A stretch of DNA of 64,000 nucleotides from Haliotis rufescens (taxonomy: Eukaryota): NCBI RefSeq assembly GCF_023055435.1, contig NW_025963957.1, forward strand, positions 5,146,001 through 5,210,000, given 5' to 3'. The notes beneath the pieces are model-generated. The model had not been told where the DNA came from. It saw nothing but the letters and a program-made list of their open reading frames with translations, and did not search any database. Within the stretch, counting starts at the first letter, position 1, and each line of letters opens with the position of its first letter. A program made the translations under genes and the position numbers. Shown here piece after piece: positions 1 through 11,565 of this stretch.

Positions 1-547
1 TATCCAATTATATACATGTATTGTACAACAACTGATCCATCGCCATCAAAGTACTGGAATTGTTATGACCATTCCACAAAACAATGTAAAACATACACTT
101 TGGGAGGCAGTGGTAATTATGTTTTGTAGAATTTAATAATATATGGCATGAAATGGCAGGGATTTCCCGAATGTATTTACATTCCTGCAGCTCCGATCTT
201 GGCTGTTTACACAACTTTTGGGGTACCATTAAAGCATGCTCTGCCTACAAATATTTTTAAGAGCGTCATGCGACTCTTGCTGAAATGTTGGTCAATCAGG
301 GTTTCAACATTCAAGGCCTGAGTAAAGCTTGCAAAGGAGTTATTGTACACATGCGGAGGACGTTTCAAAATTTGACGTATCAGTGAATAAGCTGATGCCC
401 TATGGAATTCCCCACTTTGATTTGAATCCTGCGTTCCAGTGTTGTTTTCAGGTGAACAGTTGGCTTAAGTTTGCATGTGTTTGTGATGTGTGCCACCGGT
501 GGGGCAGGATATGCTTACCTTTTCGCAAACATCTGGTATCATCACTA

Positions 548-722
548 CAGTAAACTACGGTTATAACGAACACGCTTATAACGAACTGACGGATATAACG
601 AACTTACTTTTTGGTCCCGACTATTTGCTGTAGTTATGATGTATATATGCTTATAACGAACTACGGTTATAACGAACTAAAATTAGTAGTCCCGTTGAGT
701 TCGTTATAACCGTAGTTTACTG
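548..722. mobile_element. Tc1/mariner (pogo/Tigger-type) MITE
   Basis: Terminal inverted repeats CAGTAAACTACGGTTATAACGAAC...GTTCGTTATAACCGTAGTTTACTG, TA on both sides, internal TATAACGAAC subrepeats, non-coding. Confidence 0.85.
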
Positions 723-935
723 TATTTGATATTTATTCATTAACACGCGCTTATAATATGGCCTGAATAATACCACGGACTCTGGTTTTGAATAGATTTC
801 GTAAGATACTGACCAAACCCACGGGGAATAGAAAGCGAAATTTCGGCGTGACGAGCAACCAGTCTTTCAAGCAAACGTTTCCTAAGCTATGAAGATGCTT
901 ATGTCTTCATCATTCAAACGGTAAATATCCAATAC

Positions 936-1256
936 CTTCATCCCCGTGAGGACCTCATTGAGAAGTTTCATCTTTTCGTCCTTGTTTTTAGAGTTCTGAT
1001 CGAACAAAGATCGCATCCTCACTGCGATATACACATTGATAGGCATTATAAGCAGCATAATGAAGAGGCCAAAGCCTGCTGATGGACCAAGGATGCTGAA
1101 CAGCTGGTAGAAGACGACAATAAAATGGAGTGGAGTGAACACGACTTCTGTGAGATGGGCGAGGTGGTAGGCGATGGTTTCAGCATCACTGGACATGTAG
1201 TTTGTCATCTCGCCCATAGAGTATTTCTTCCTTGACCTCCAGTGGAGATTCATTGC
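936..1256 (-). CDS. ABCC/MRP-family ABC transporter, TMD1 exon (gene continues off the left edge)
   Basis: cag| AMNLHWRSRKKYSMGEMTNYMSSDAE...LGPSAGFG...KDEKMKLLNEVLTGMK |gt. Matches the MRP1 pattern GEIVNLMSVD...KDNRIKLMNEILNGIK. 321 nt, phase 0/0. Confidence 0.92.
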
Positions 1257-1601
1257 CTGGAGAGGAACAACAGCGTTTAGATAGAACAAGAAATATGTAT
1301 TATAAACTGCCATGCAACCATCTACACATGTCACCAGTTTATATATGTGTGGTCTCGTCGGGTCCTACCACTTGTGCCGGTCATACAGGTGTAGCCTCAC
1401 GGCGTGTTCAATTCTAAATGTTGTAGCGAAATCAAGGAACCTTGAATAGCACTATTGCTATATTTAATATGCAGTGAGTGAGTGGGTAATTTGGGTTTGA
1501 CGTCGCTTTTGATGTGTTCAAGTCATATCAAACCCAGAGTGATGCAGGTCGTTTACGACTTTGGTGAAACCACGTGCATGATATGGTGCTGACAAACCTA
1601 G

Positions 1602-1873
1602 GAGTGAGTGAGTGAGTTGGGTTTAACGCCGCTTTTAACAGTATTCCAGTTATATCGCGGCGTGTCAACTTAATGTTGGAGGAAAGCCCGAAGTGATGCA
1701 GGTCTTAGACGTAAACCACTTCGGTGAAAACCACGAGGACGGGTATGGTGCTGACAAACCTAGAAACATAATCGGGGCGAACCGGGATTCGAACCCACAA
1801 TCATAGGTTTCTGGCGTGCCCAAGGGACGCAACTCTGCACATCGAATCGTGGCGCCTTAGACGACTGGGTGTG
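1602..1873 (-). mobile_element. SINE family C (long tRNA-like head, central GGCTTTCCTCC domain, (CACT)n tail)
   Basis: Reverse complement of the full copy at 19037-19324. A partial copy abuts it at ~1474-1600. Confidence 0.85.
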
Positions 1874-1897
1874 GTTATCGAGGGACATTTCCGTTAC

Positions 1898-2075
1898 CTT
1901 CTTGAATACCGATGTCATGAGAGATGACCGAAGGTGCAATTCTAGCGTTTGGTTGTTGAAGAAAGCGTGTTCCACAAAAAGCCCTCCTGTCACGAGAAGT
2001 ACCAGAAGCCCCGTGGAGAGGAGCACGCCAGTCCATGCACTGGAGGCAGTGTCATCGGCCACGTCCATGAGAACC
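1898..2075 (-). CDS. ABCC/MRP transporter exon (TMD1 helix 2)
   Basis: ttcag|G VLMDVADD...WTGVLLSTGLLVL...ELHLRSSLMTSVFKK |gtaac. 178 nt, phase 2/0, compatible with both neighbours. Confidence 0.9.
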
Positions 2076-2319
2076 CTGAAATATGAATCATGTCACATTG
2101 TGAAACTTATGATTTTTTATAAAGAAGATTATTATTTAATTTACATATTTTATAACATAAAGTTTGAATAGACTCAGATTAAAAATACATATCGGTATAA
2201 ACATGGCAAGGAATGTTTTACAGAATGTTTATTCCTATTTTATGGCTTTAAATTTGCCATATTTGTTCGACAGAGCACAAAGGAGATTGAAACACTTCTG
2301 ATACAGACTTCAGGTAAAA

Positions 2320-2497
2320 GGCGAGGCGGTCGGGTAGTCTAGTGGTTAAAGCGTTCGCTCGTCACGCCGAAGACCCGGGTTCTATTCCCGACATGGGTAC
2401 AATGTGTGAAGCCCATTTCTGGTGTCCCCCGCCGTGATATTGCTGGAATATTGCTAAAAGTGGCGTAAAACTATACTCACTCACTCACTCACTCACT
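2320..2497 (+). mobile_element. SINE family A (tRNA-derived head, (CACT)n tail)
   Basis: A box TAGTCTAGTGG, B box GGTTCTATTCC, ACTTCAGGTA repeated on both flanks (TSD). Near-identical copies at 21836, 24448 and 25901. Confidence 0.9.
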
Positions 2498-3033
2498 TCA
2501 GGTAGAAGGCCAGGCAAATGTTGCTTTGCCTTTCAAACCAAACTTACCTTCCGGCTTTAATATATTGCCGATATCACCAATTTTTTGTGGGCATATATGC
2601 CCATGTGAGTTGTCGAAAATAGATGCACTATATTATTAGTATAGATGCCTATTTTTCACGCTACATGCACCATGTCGGAATTATTCAATAATAATGTTCA
2701 TCATCAATCCTAATTGTATGAATTATTAGCATTTCCACTGCAACGTTACATCTGAATATGAAATATAAGAATTGGATAAACATGTGTATTTGGGACCAAC
2801 TACTTTTTGACATTNNNNNNNNNNNNNNNNNNNNNNNNNNNNNNNNNNNNNNNNNNNNNNNNNNNNNNNNNNNNNNNNNNNNNNNNNNNNNNNNNNNNNN
2901 NNNNNNNNNNNNNNNNNNNNNNNNNNNNNNNNNNNNNNNNNNACAAAAACAAACTCCCCCACGTGTTCGGCTCCCCTGGTCACAGACAAATGCGTGTCCC
3001 GAATATTAAATGGTATGTCCCACATTTACTCAC

Positions 3034-3299
3034 AGCATGAAATGTGGGTTTGTGATCCAGAATGTAAAATACTGCAGGAGCTTTAGACCCATGGCGCAGA
3101 ATAATTGTCTCCAAAAGGTCTTCAGTATGGCAACCTTGAGAGATGGGCGTGTGATGCTGACCCCTGTGTCAGCAGGATCTACTCCCTGTCCTGATGGCGT
3201 CATCGATGAGTCATATAAATGCGTCACGTGACTAGCATTCCCATGTGATGATTTCTTCTCTTTCCTGTGTCTGATAGTGTCGTTGGAGCCACGGTTAGT

Positions 3300-3343
<44 letters not shown>

Positions 3344-3378
3344 GTGGAAGGATGTTGTTCGACTTATCATTTTTCCAT
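3034..3378 (-). CDS. ABCC/MRP transporter exon (L0 linker with Ser14 run, start of TMD1)
   Basis: ttcag|A WKNDKSNNILPQ(S)14TNRG...RPSLKVAILKTFWRQLFCAMGLKLLQYFTFWITNPHFM CT|gtgagt. 345 nt, phase 2/2. The PSL..A..KTF motif is typical of MRPs. Confidence 0.88.
3300..3341 (-). repeat. (TCA)14 coding microsatellite, poly-Ser
   Basis: 14 perfect triplets in frame within the ABCC exon 3034-3378. Confidence 0.9.
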
Positions 3379-3683
3379 CTGAAAATGAAATGGCACTCGT
3401 CAAACCTACATTATTATCAATATATATTTAAATACCGCATCTTATCCTGACATCTTTGCTCAAATGAGGTTTATGAGGTCACAGAACCATGCTCATTGAC
3501 CTGACTTGTCAAAGCGAAACAATTTGCTATGCTGACACAGATTTCTGTGGATATACCTCAATCACATTATGTAATGTCCACAAGAATGATTTCACTAATA
3601 CGCAATTTTATTCTATGTGAGGCTCAGGGCTTATAAATCAACCTCATATAACGTCCTTATTACATAGATGAGAACAATTTTTG

Positions 3684-3862
3684 TCAGTCATATCACGGCG
3701 TGCCGGTGTTATGTGTGCGGAAATCCCGACGTGAAACCCACGAGCACGGGTATAGTGCTGACAAATCTAGAAACATAATCAGAGTGAATCTGGGCTTCGA
3801 ACCCACGAACGTAGGTTTCTAGCATGCCTACGCGACGCAACTCTGCATAGCGACGCCTCGGA
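3684..3862 (-). mobile_element. SINE family C, degenerate partial copy
   Basis: Shares GCTGACAAATCTAGAAACATAATC and GACGCAACTCTGCA with 1602-1873. Confidence 0.7.
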
Positions 3863-4035
3863 CGGAAAGGCTGCCCATGACCCGAAACGATAATGACATG
3901 AGAAAACACAAAACATGAGTTCTGGTGTTGTAGATTGCTATGCGATGCATCCGTGTTAAATATTGTCTCGAGTCATACTACTAAGTGTTAACATGGAGTT
4001 CAAATGGGATTCATTTTGAAGACGTCTACCATTAC

Positions 4036-4173
4036 CTGCGAGCGTCTTGGTTCAACCTGCCTGCTGTCAGCATCCTTTCAAAGCTTGGGCACACATTGTG
4101 ACACTTCTCTCTGGGGTTGAGGTCCCAGATGTTGTCTTCAGTTAGTATTTCCTTGTTAGCCTTCTTTACTAAC
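4036..4173 (-). CDS. ABCC/MRP transporter exon (L0/lasso region)
   Basis: ccag|G LVKKANKEILTEDNIWDLNPREKCHNVCPSFERML...DAR AG|gtaat. Compare MRP1 LIVRGYRQPLEGSDLWSLN. 138 nt, phase 2/2. Confidence 0.88.
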
Positions 4174-4958
4174 CTGGATAACAACCAATGGTTAGCTGGA
4201 TTCAGATACTTAGAGACTGTTAATGTTCGCCGCAGTCGGCGACATTTCAGCTATGCTATGGTCGCCTGTAAACAATCAAGTCGGGTCATTCCAGATAGTG
4301 GTCGATAGCATGAGTAACGAGCCACGATGACACACAATCATCCAGGTCACATACTGTAACCATCCTTGTATCGTAAGTCGGCTCTTGTGACGAGCATGGA
4401 GTATTGGTTGTCAGATTACAAACGTAATCAAGATACCTGGGAAATGTTGGTTTGTTATGAATAAAGCTAAGAATCAATAAATCCTATGTATACGGCCTTT
4501 ATATTTCTGTTTTTATGTCATGTTTCCGAACTCGGTAGCTTGATTTTGTTTCATCAAATAACCAGGACTTTGTACTTCTAAGCGGGCTAAATAGAAGAGA
4601 GAAGACATTTAGTCACTTACAGAGCCACTAACAGAGGGGAACTGGCGACAGATGTTGATCAGATTTACAATACTCGATTTCAGTCAAGAAATGAAAGCAA
4701 TGTGAGTTCAAATATGAAGTCACATCGACAATATATCAGTCATTTCATGGAAATATGAACAGTTGACCTCCTCAATAATCTTGTTCTCAATAAACATGCA
4801 GAAGTCCCTCAACAGTGTGGACAAATAGAATATGACTGAGTAGCCATGTAGCTTAACATTGAGAACTTGAGTTGGTACACAGCAGTGAATCAAGCAATAT
4901 CGTTCACGGTATCAGAGCATGCGGAATGCCTAGTTGAAGCACATGTTAAATACTTACC

Positions 4959-5648
4959 TTTATCATATAATGGGTAGGTTTTTCGGCAGGATAAAGCCAA
5001 CGGATAAAAACGATATCCGTTGGGGTCATATGCGGATAGAGATGCAAATATCAAAGGTCAAGTAGGGACTACTTTCACTGTTTATAAACAAACATGACGT
5101 CGCCCTTGTCACTCGGCAATTGAGTCAGAATTAACCATCGGGAATCTGGATAACCTACAGAGATAATTGGCCATGACGTCTCATAGACTAGGGTTAGAGT
5201 TGCTTCCCTTTGACAAAGGGCAGTTACTCTAGCGGACAGACCGATGGATTGCCGCGAAATGCAAGTAATTTTTTGTTGTTGTTATGCGTATATTTTGCTT
5301 CGCCACTGTGAAAGAAACAGATTTCAGTTGGAACTATATTGGCTACTGTCACTGTCCGACTGACACATCACTTATCCTGTGACTTAATAAATATTAATGC
5401 GCGCATTCCAGGAAAACTCGCAATGTTTAGGTAATGTTTGTGAGGGAGGGAAAGCGATTTTCAAGCACAAAATTAAAGAATGACATTATATGATAAAGAG
5501 GTTATCTCGCTTGTGTGTTTGGGGATGGTAAATATCCTGTATTAGGAATAAACACTATGTATTTTGCTCGCCAAGGCTCGCTAAATACAATGTTTATTCC
5601 TAATGCAGGATATTTACCATCCCGAAACACACTCGCGTGATAACCTCT
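4959..5648. mobile_element. hairpin-capped non-autonomous DNA element, copy 1
   Basis: Core bounded by TTTATCATATAA...TTATATGATAAA, followed by a ~150-bp imperfect palindrome (5497-5648). Inverted homologue at 10608-11565. Confidence 0.7.
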
Positions 5649-5760
5649 ATTTACCCAAGCCTGGGTTTGAAGCTGTACCTGCAAAATTATATAGTACCCA
5701 TTTACAATCCCAACAATGTAAATAATTGCCCGCGTTGTACTGTAATGTGCACATGCTTAC

Positions 5761-5825
5761 CCGTGAGACCAAAGGAAGAAGATCTTGGACAGCCTCGAGG
5801 CTGCTATCTCCGGACATGGCGCCAA
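5761..5825 (-). CDS. ABCC/MRP transporter exon (lasso motif)
   Basis: tcag| LAPCPEIAASRLSKIFFLWSH GG|gtaag. Compare MRP1 [21 protein letters not shown]. 65 nt, phase 0/2. Confidence 0.88.
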
Positions 5826-6625
5826 CTGATAATGTAGATGATATACTGTAATCAAACTTTATTTATTTATTTTTATTTACGATATCGAGCGACAGAGCCT
5901 AAGTCTACACAGTAAGAAATTGCAATTTGAATTAATTCTATTAGTTATCCTAATGCTATAGTCTTTGATTGATTCGGGAATTCAAGAAATTGTTAATTAT
6001 TTGCTTTTTTATATTATGAAACTTGATTTATCTCACCGACATGTTTTAATATGACATTGTAAAAGAATTAAAACAATTTCAAAATTGATAGTAAACAGCT
6101 GTTCGATTGAGCGGAGGTTAACTTGTGATTTGTCACGTGGCTTTCGATGATTCGGAAATAGCGTGCGTTTTTTGCATCGAAGCGGAGGAAAAAAGGGATT
6201 TATTTACCCGCTAAGAAATTTATTTTATTTCCCTCCAAGGCGGGGATAAATAGTATTTTATCATGGTTACGTGGACCAATCAGATCTCATCACCTGACAT
6301 GGAGGTATGGTAATGCTAATTATAATCGATCGCAGTCACCTGACTACCGATGTCTCAGTCGACAGCAAAATGGAGATTTATTGGAAAGCGAAATTTTCTA
6401 TTAAGTTTCACAACTGAAAGAAATCACTGGAATGTGTCTTTTTCACTTTTGAAATATTAGAACACATACAGCTACCTTTGTTTACTTTACCCGTGCCCCC
6501 TGGTTTACCTGTTAACAAACAGCAATATATTCGGACCCGACCTTGGAACCAAGCTCTAGAATTGGATATTCCCATTAACAACAAAACTACCATATATTTT
6601 GAACCCTACCTTTGTACCGGGCGTC

Positions 6626-6756
6626 ATGATAAGATCGATGCTCATGATGTCAATCACTGGATTTTCTGGTCCAGACTCGATTATTTTCAGACCGCCGTTA
6701 TATAGCTGGAATATTGCTGAGTGCGGCGTTAAACAACAAACAAACAAACAAACAAA
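6626..6756 (+). mobile_element. SINE family D, 3' half ((AAAC)n tail)
   Basis: TCTGGTCCAGACTCGATTATTT...GCTGGAATATTGCTGAGTGCGGCGTTAAACAACAAAC. Confidence 0.8.
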
Positions 6757-7584
6757 TGTACTGTGAGATAAGGTTCGGCTATTAACATGCAGCGATACCA
6801 TATATATTTTGCCCAAACTTTGTACTTGTAAGTACAATCTTGTACTGTGAGATACGGTTTGCCTATAACATACAGCGATGCCATATATATTTTGCTCACA
6901 CTTTGTACTTGTAAGTACAATCTTGTACTGTGAGATACGGTTTGCCTATAACATACAGCGATGCCATATATATTTTGCTCACACTTTGTACTTGTAAGTA
7001 CAATCTTGTACTGTGAGATACGGTTTGCCTATAACATACAGCGATGCCATATATATTTTGCCCAAACTTTGTACTTGTAAGTACAATCTTGTACTGTGAG
7101 ATACGGTTTGCCTATAACATACAGCGATGCCATATATATTTTGCCCAAACTTTGTACTTGTAAGTACAATCTTGTACTGTGAGATACGGTTTGCCTATAA
7201 CATACAGCGATGTCATATATAACTTCTTTGAGTGGCATTTAGAAGTTGGAGTGATGAAGTAAGACGAGTTCTATGGATGAACAACTTCTTATTACAATTA
7301 GTGCGACGTTTCGGTGTAGATCCTAACACCTTTATCAAGCAAGTGATGATCAAGGTGTTAGGATCTACACCGAAACGTCGCACTAATTGTAATAAGAAGT
7401 TGTTCATCCATAGAACTCGTCTTACTTCGATGTCATATATATTTTGCCCAAACTTTGTACTTGTAAGTACAATCTTGTACTGTGAGATATGGTTTGCCTA
7501 TAACATACAGCGATGCCATATATATTTTGCCCAAACTTTGTACTTGTAAGTACAATCTTGTACTGTGAGATTATGCTTGCCTAT
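6757..7584. repeat. 83-bp minisatellite, ~7 units, interrupted by an insertion
   Basis: Unit TGTACTGTGAGATACGGTTTGCC...GTAAGTACAATCT starts at 6841, 6924, 7007, 7090 and 7173, and resumes after 7428. Confidence 0.92.
7222..7427. mobile_element. palindromic mini-element with hammerhead-like cores (Penelope-like pLTR derivative)
   Basis: Perfect ~77-bp inverted arms (7255-7331 / 7352-7428). 14-bp TSD CGATGTCATATATA at 7208-7221 and 7428-7441. Core CTTGATAAA-GGTGT-loop-ACACC-GAAAC. Confidence 0.8.
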
Positions 7585-7586
7585 TA

Positions 7587-7796
7587 GTGAGTGAATCGGG
7601 TTTAACGCCGTTTTTAACAGTTTTCCAGTTATATCACGGCGTGTCAGCTTCATGTGGGAGGAAAGCCAGCAAGTCTCAGATGTTTGACACTTCGGTGAAA
7701 CCCACGAGCACGGGAATGGTGCTGACAAATCTAGAAACTTAATCGGGGCGAACAGGGATTCGAACCCACAATCATAGGGACGCATCTGGCGTGCCC
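7587..7796 (-). mobile_element. SINE family C, 5'-truncated or rearranged
   Basis: Homologous to 1602-1830. Confidence 0.8.
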
Positions 7797-8649
7797 TTTA
7801 CAGTGTCACCCGTGCCCCCTGGTTTGCCTGTTAACATACAGCAATATATTCGTACCCTACCTTTGTGTCCACCGCCGTGATATTGCGGGAATGTTGCTAA
7901 AAGCGGCGTGAAACGATACTCACTCACTCATGCTTAGACACCCTTATTAACATACATAAATACCACCTTTGATACCCGAATTTACATAAACCCATACCAT
8001 CTTTTTTTACCCTACCTTTGTACTTGGCTGCATGATATACTCAGCGTCAAGATCACATGTACGACGTTACAAGTATAAGCTCAAGTCATTTGTAACACTT
8101 TCTAAGTCAACGTGTTAAATACCCTGACGCGGAGTGGTTTCTCGGCGTGGTGCAATATACTAAACGAAGCTATGTCAATATAGTCCGCAATGTATAGATA
8201 AGGCGTAAGTGACCTCTTTATTTAGGTCGACGTTGTAACTAGCCAACCTATACAGTCAGTTAGTTGTCCCTGTTTATATGAGTGCAGCGTTTAAATGAGT
8301 GAGCCTGTAGAATCAGTGATCGATCGATGTATTATTAAAACGACCCGGAAAAATATGGTTCAAATCTTACGCCTCAATAAGTCTTTTTCATTTTTTTATG
8401 GTAGACACATGGAGGACTTTTCTAAATTTGTGACAAAACTGATATCTGGTGCAATTTTGACTCGGACAAGATGCACCCGTGTTTTTTCAGGTGGACAATT
8501 GACTTGCCTTCGGGGGCAGGATACACTCAACCTTTTGCAAACGCCTAGTATTATCACATGCCGCCTGATAAAGTCGGAATTGTACAATCGTCTCTGCTTT
8601 TAGCAGATATTCATTATTAATATGGAAAGGGTTTTGTCGCTTTTCTTAC

Positions 8650-8652
8650 CAT
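8650..8652 (-). CDS. possible start-codon-only coding end of the ABCC first exon
   Basis: aaaTAGtttATG|gtaaga: strong phase-0 donor compatible with the 5825 acceptor, with an in-frame stop just upstream. No independent support. Confidence 0.3.
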
Positions 8653-9097
8653 AAACTATTTGGAAGCTTTACTGAGGCCTTGTACCCCTGATCAAACAAC
8701 TTTTGAACAAGCTCTTCGTAGAAAGATTATGCTCGATTACAGGCAATAGATTTTAACTAAAAGTGTGTTTATTAGCATTCTCTGTGAACACTGAATCTAC
8801 AGCGTAGCACATAATCACGAAACACGAGCAATAGAAGAGCTTTCGAGTCTCTACGATAAACTAAGAGGAAAGCTGACAGCTATCGGTCATCCGCTATGTC
8901 AGACATTGTCACGCTTGGTGAAGCAGCAATGTCTGGAGTCGTGTATCAGGCTACTTTAATTTCGGGTTTCATTTTATCAGCTTAATGTAGACGGAAGGCC
9001 AAAACTATGTATACTAGGATTATATATACTTTCTCCTGTAAGGTGTTAGTGAATGTTGTCAATCTTCAGCTATTTAGGATGCCCTGTAAATAATATA

Positions 9098-9447
9098 GGT
9101 AAGGTGAGGTGAAATTGGGTTTAACGTCGCGTCCAAGATTATTGCACTTATATAGCGATGTGCATGCACGTGTGTGCGTGTGTGTGTGGCTGCTTGAACT
9201 AGTCCGGACAGATGCCGTTTTATAGTGCTAGCTCACTGAGATACCATCCCGCAGTTTAACATGAATACCCCACTCTGACACAGTATACTGACTCTGAGCC
9301 GACCAGTCCTTGATTTAGCCACTAATGCTGAGCGCCAGACAACAAGTACCATCTTTTAACGTCTTTTTGTATGACACGGTCGGGGAACGAACCCCGGACC
9401 TTCCGCTCTCCGGGCGGACGCTCTACCACTAGACCACGGAGGAGGCT
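9098..9447 (-). mobile_element. SINE family B (tRNA head, Meta-like central domain, (CA)n, (CACCT)n tail)
   Basis: A box TGGTCTAGTGG and B box GGTTCGTTCCC on the minus strand. Near-identical to 18406-18760 and 36177-36537. Confidence 0.9.
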
Positions 9448-9544
9448 GTAAATAATTTAGCCTCGACGAAGCAAAGGAAAGATCATCGCAATGCAGTTAA
9501 TTTAACATGGATGACCTCCTGATTCCTATTTTAATCAGTTGTGT

Positions 9545-10041
9545 TCGTTTGTTTGTTTGTACTTGATCGCCGAACTCTGCAATACACCAGCTATATGACG
9601 GCGGTGTGTAAAATAATCTGTGATTGACATCATGAGCATCGATCTACACAATTGTGATACGATGACATGCATCAAGCAACGCAGCTAGCCTGAGCACACG
9701 ATCCAATTAGTCGCCTCTTACTATTGAACTTTTACGACAATCCTGAAGTATTTAAACCCTGGTCGGAATATTTTCTAATACCTATTCAGTTCCTTTGTTT
9801 GTGTGTTTGTTTGTTGTTTAACGCCGCACTCAGCAATATCCAAGCTACATGACGGCGGTCTGTAAATAATCGAGTCTGGACCAGACAATCCAGTGATTCA
9901 TATCTGGGACCGATGACGTGCATCAACCAAGTCAGGAGCTTGACTACCCGAGCCCGTTAGTCGCCTCTTCCGACAAGCAGAGTCGTCTTATATGGCAAGC
10001 AGGTTGCTGAAAACCTATTCTACCCCGGATCCTCATGGGTC
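9545..10041 (-). mobile_element. SINE family D, two adjacent copies (degenerate 9545-9720; near full 9800-10041)
   Basis: Homologous to 17617-17876, with the head GACCCATGAGGATCCGGGGTAGAATAGG. Confidence 0.8.
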
Positions 10042-10607
10042 TGTGTTGTTTAGTTAGGAATGTGTATTTGTGACAGTGGCATGTTACTTTGTTTGTAGCT
10101 TCATTCGTGGTTGATGCTTCTTTTTGTGGAAGTGGGAAAGGATCTGGTTGCGAATGAGGGTGTGGTTGATAATGTAGGTAATGTAGTTTGTATGGGTGTG
10201 GGAATGGGTACAGGTGAGGGTATGTTTGAGAAATAGGGTGTGGGTGAGGGTACTATGTGGCGGTGTGGGTGAGGGTTCGCATGTGATTGATCGGTTGGCA
10301 ACGAGGGTTTGGATGTGTTTGAATGAGCGGGTGTGTTTTAATGGTTTGAGTAAGCAGCTGTGAGTGAAGGCCTGGATGTTGGAATGGATGTGGCTGTGTG
10401 TATATAGGATCCTTGAATGTTATTTTCAAAATACATTGTTCTTTGCGATTTGTCGTGTAGCTATCTCATATTTGCTGATGTGTAATGAGTAACATCACTA
10501 GAACCTCCAGTCAAGACCAAGGTTTAACACAGACGACCAATGCAATACACAAGTTAAAACATATTTTGCCCTTAAAGATCCGGAAAAGTACACTCTGGCA
10601 GTTGACT

Positions 10608-11565
10608 TCGGAATAAACATTGTATTTAGCGAGCCTTGGCTAGTGTTTATTCCTAATACAGGATATTTACCATCCTCAAACACACAAGCGTGATAACCTC
10701 TTTATCATATCATGTCATTCTTTAATTCTGTGCTTGAAAATCGCTTTCCCTCTCTCACAAACATTACTGAAACGTTGCGAGTTTTCCTGGAATGCGCGCA
10801 TTAATATTTATTAAGTCACAGGGTAAGTGATGTGTCAGTCGGACAGTGACAGTAGCCAATATAGTTCCAACTGAAATCTGTTTCTTATACACTGGCGAAG
10901 CAACATATACGCAAAACAACAATTGTTTTTACTTGCCTTTCGCGGCAATCCATCGGTCTGTCCGCTAGAGTAACTGTCCTTTGTCAAAGGGAAGCTACTC
11001 TAACCCTAGTCTATGAGACGTCACGGCCACGGTCAGACGTTGTTGACAGTCGGTCTGTCCTGTCATAACGTTAAGAAGTGCAATCAGATGTACACACAGC
11101 GCCAAAACGAAACGAGTTAACAGTTCAAACATATTTCGGCTAAATCCAACTATTTTAATTTGTGGAAAAGGTTTCAAGACGCAGAGGTCTACAAGCACAG
11201 ATATGGCTACTGATCCCGCTTGGCTAGGCCACGTGCCCTCGCAAAATTGTTTTGAAATTTATATCTCCAAAGTTGCCAAAACTTATAAAATGCCTTAGTT
11301 ACGTCGCAGTTAGACACTGATTTTCAGTATATTAGACTGTTCTTTTGATAATTGTAGCAATTATCCCTGTAGTTTATCTAGATTCCCAATGGTTAATGAC
11401 AATGTCGCCGAATGACAAGGGCGACGCCATGTTTGTTTATAAACACTGAAAGTAGTCCCTACTTGACCTTTGATAATTGCAACTCTTTCCGCATATGACC
11501 CCAACGGATATCGTTTTCATCCGTTGGCTTTATCCTGCCGAGAAACCTGCCCAATATATGATAAA
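10608..11565. mobile_element. hairpin-capped non-autonomous DNA element, copy 2 (inverted, longer)
   Basis: Reverse complement of 4959-5600 with an extra ~320 bp (11028-11348). Core ends TTTATCATAT / ATATGATAAA. Only about half of the cap palindrome is retained. Confidence 0.7.

Noticed and set aside
2320-2400. tRNA genes (also at 9380-9447, 19037-19150, 21836, 24448, 36177)
   Set aside because: The A/B boxes run into SINE bodies with simple-repeat tails and TSDs; these are SINE heads.
7213-7549. Similar ORFs on both strands (also 23317-23641)
   Set aside because: A consequence of the DNA palindrome.
10101-10400. Pro/Thr-rich ORF
   Set aside because: Low-complexity GT-rich tract without splice support.
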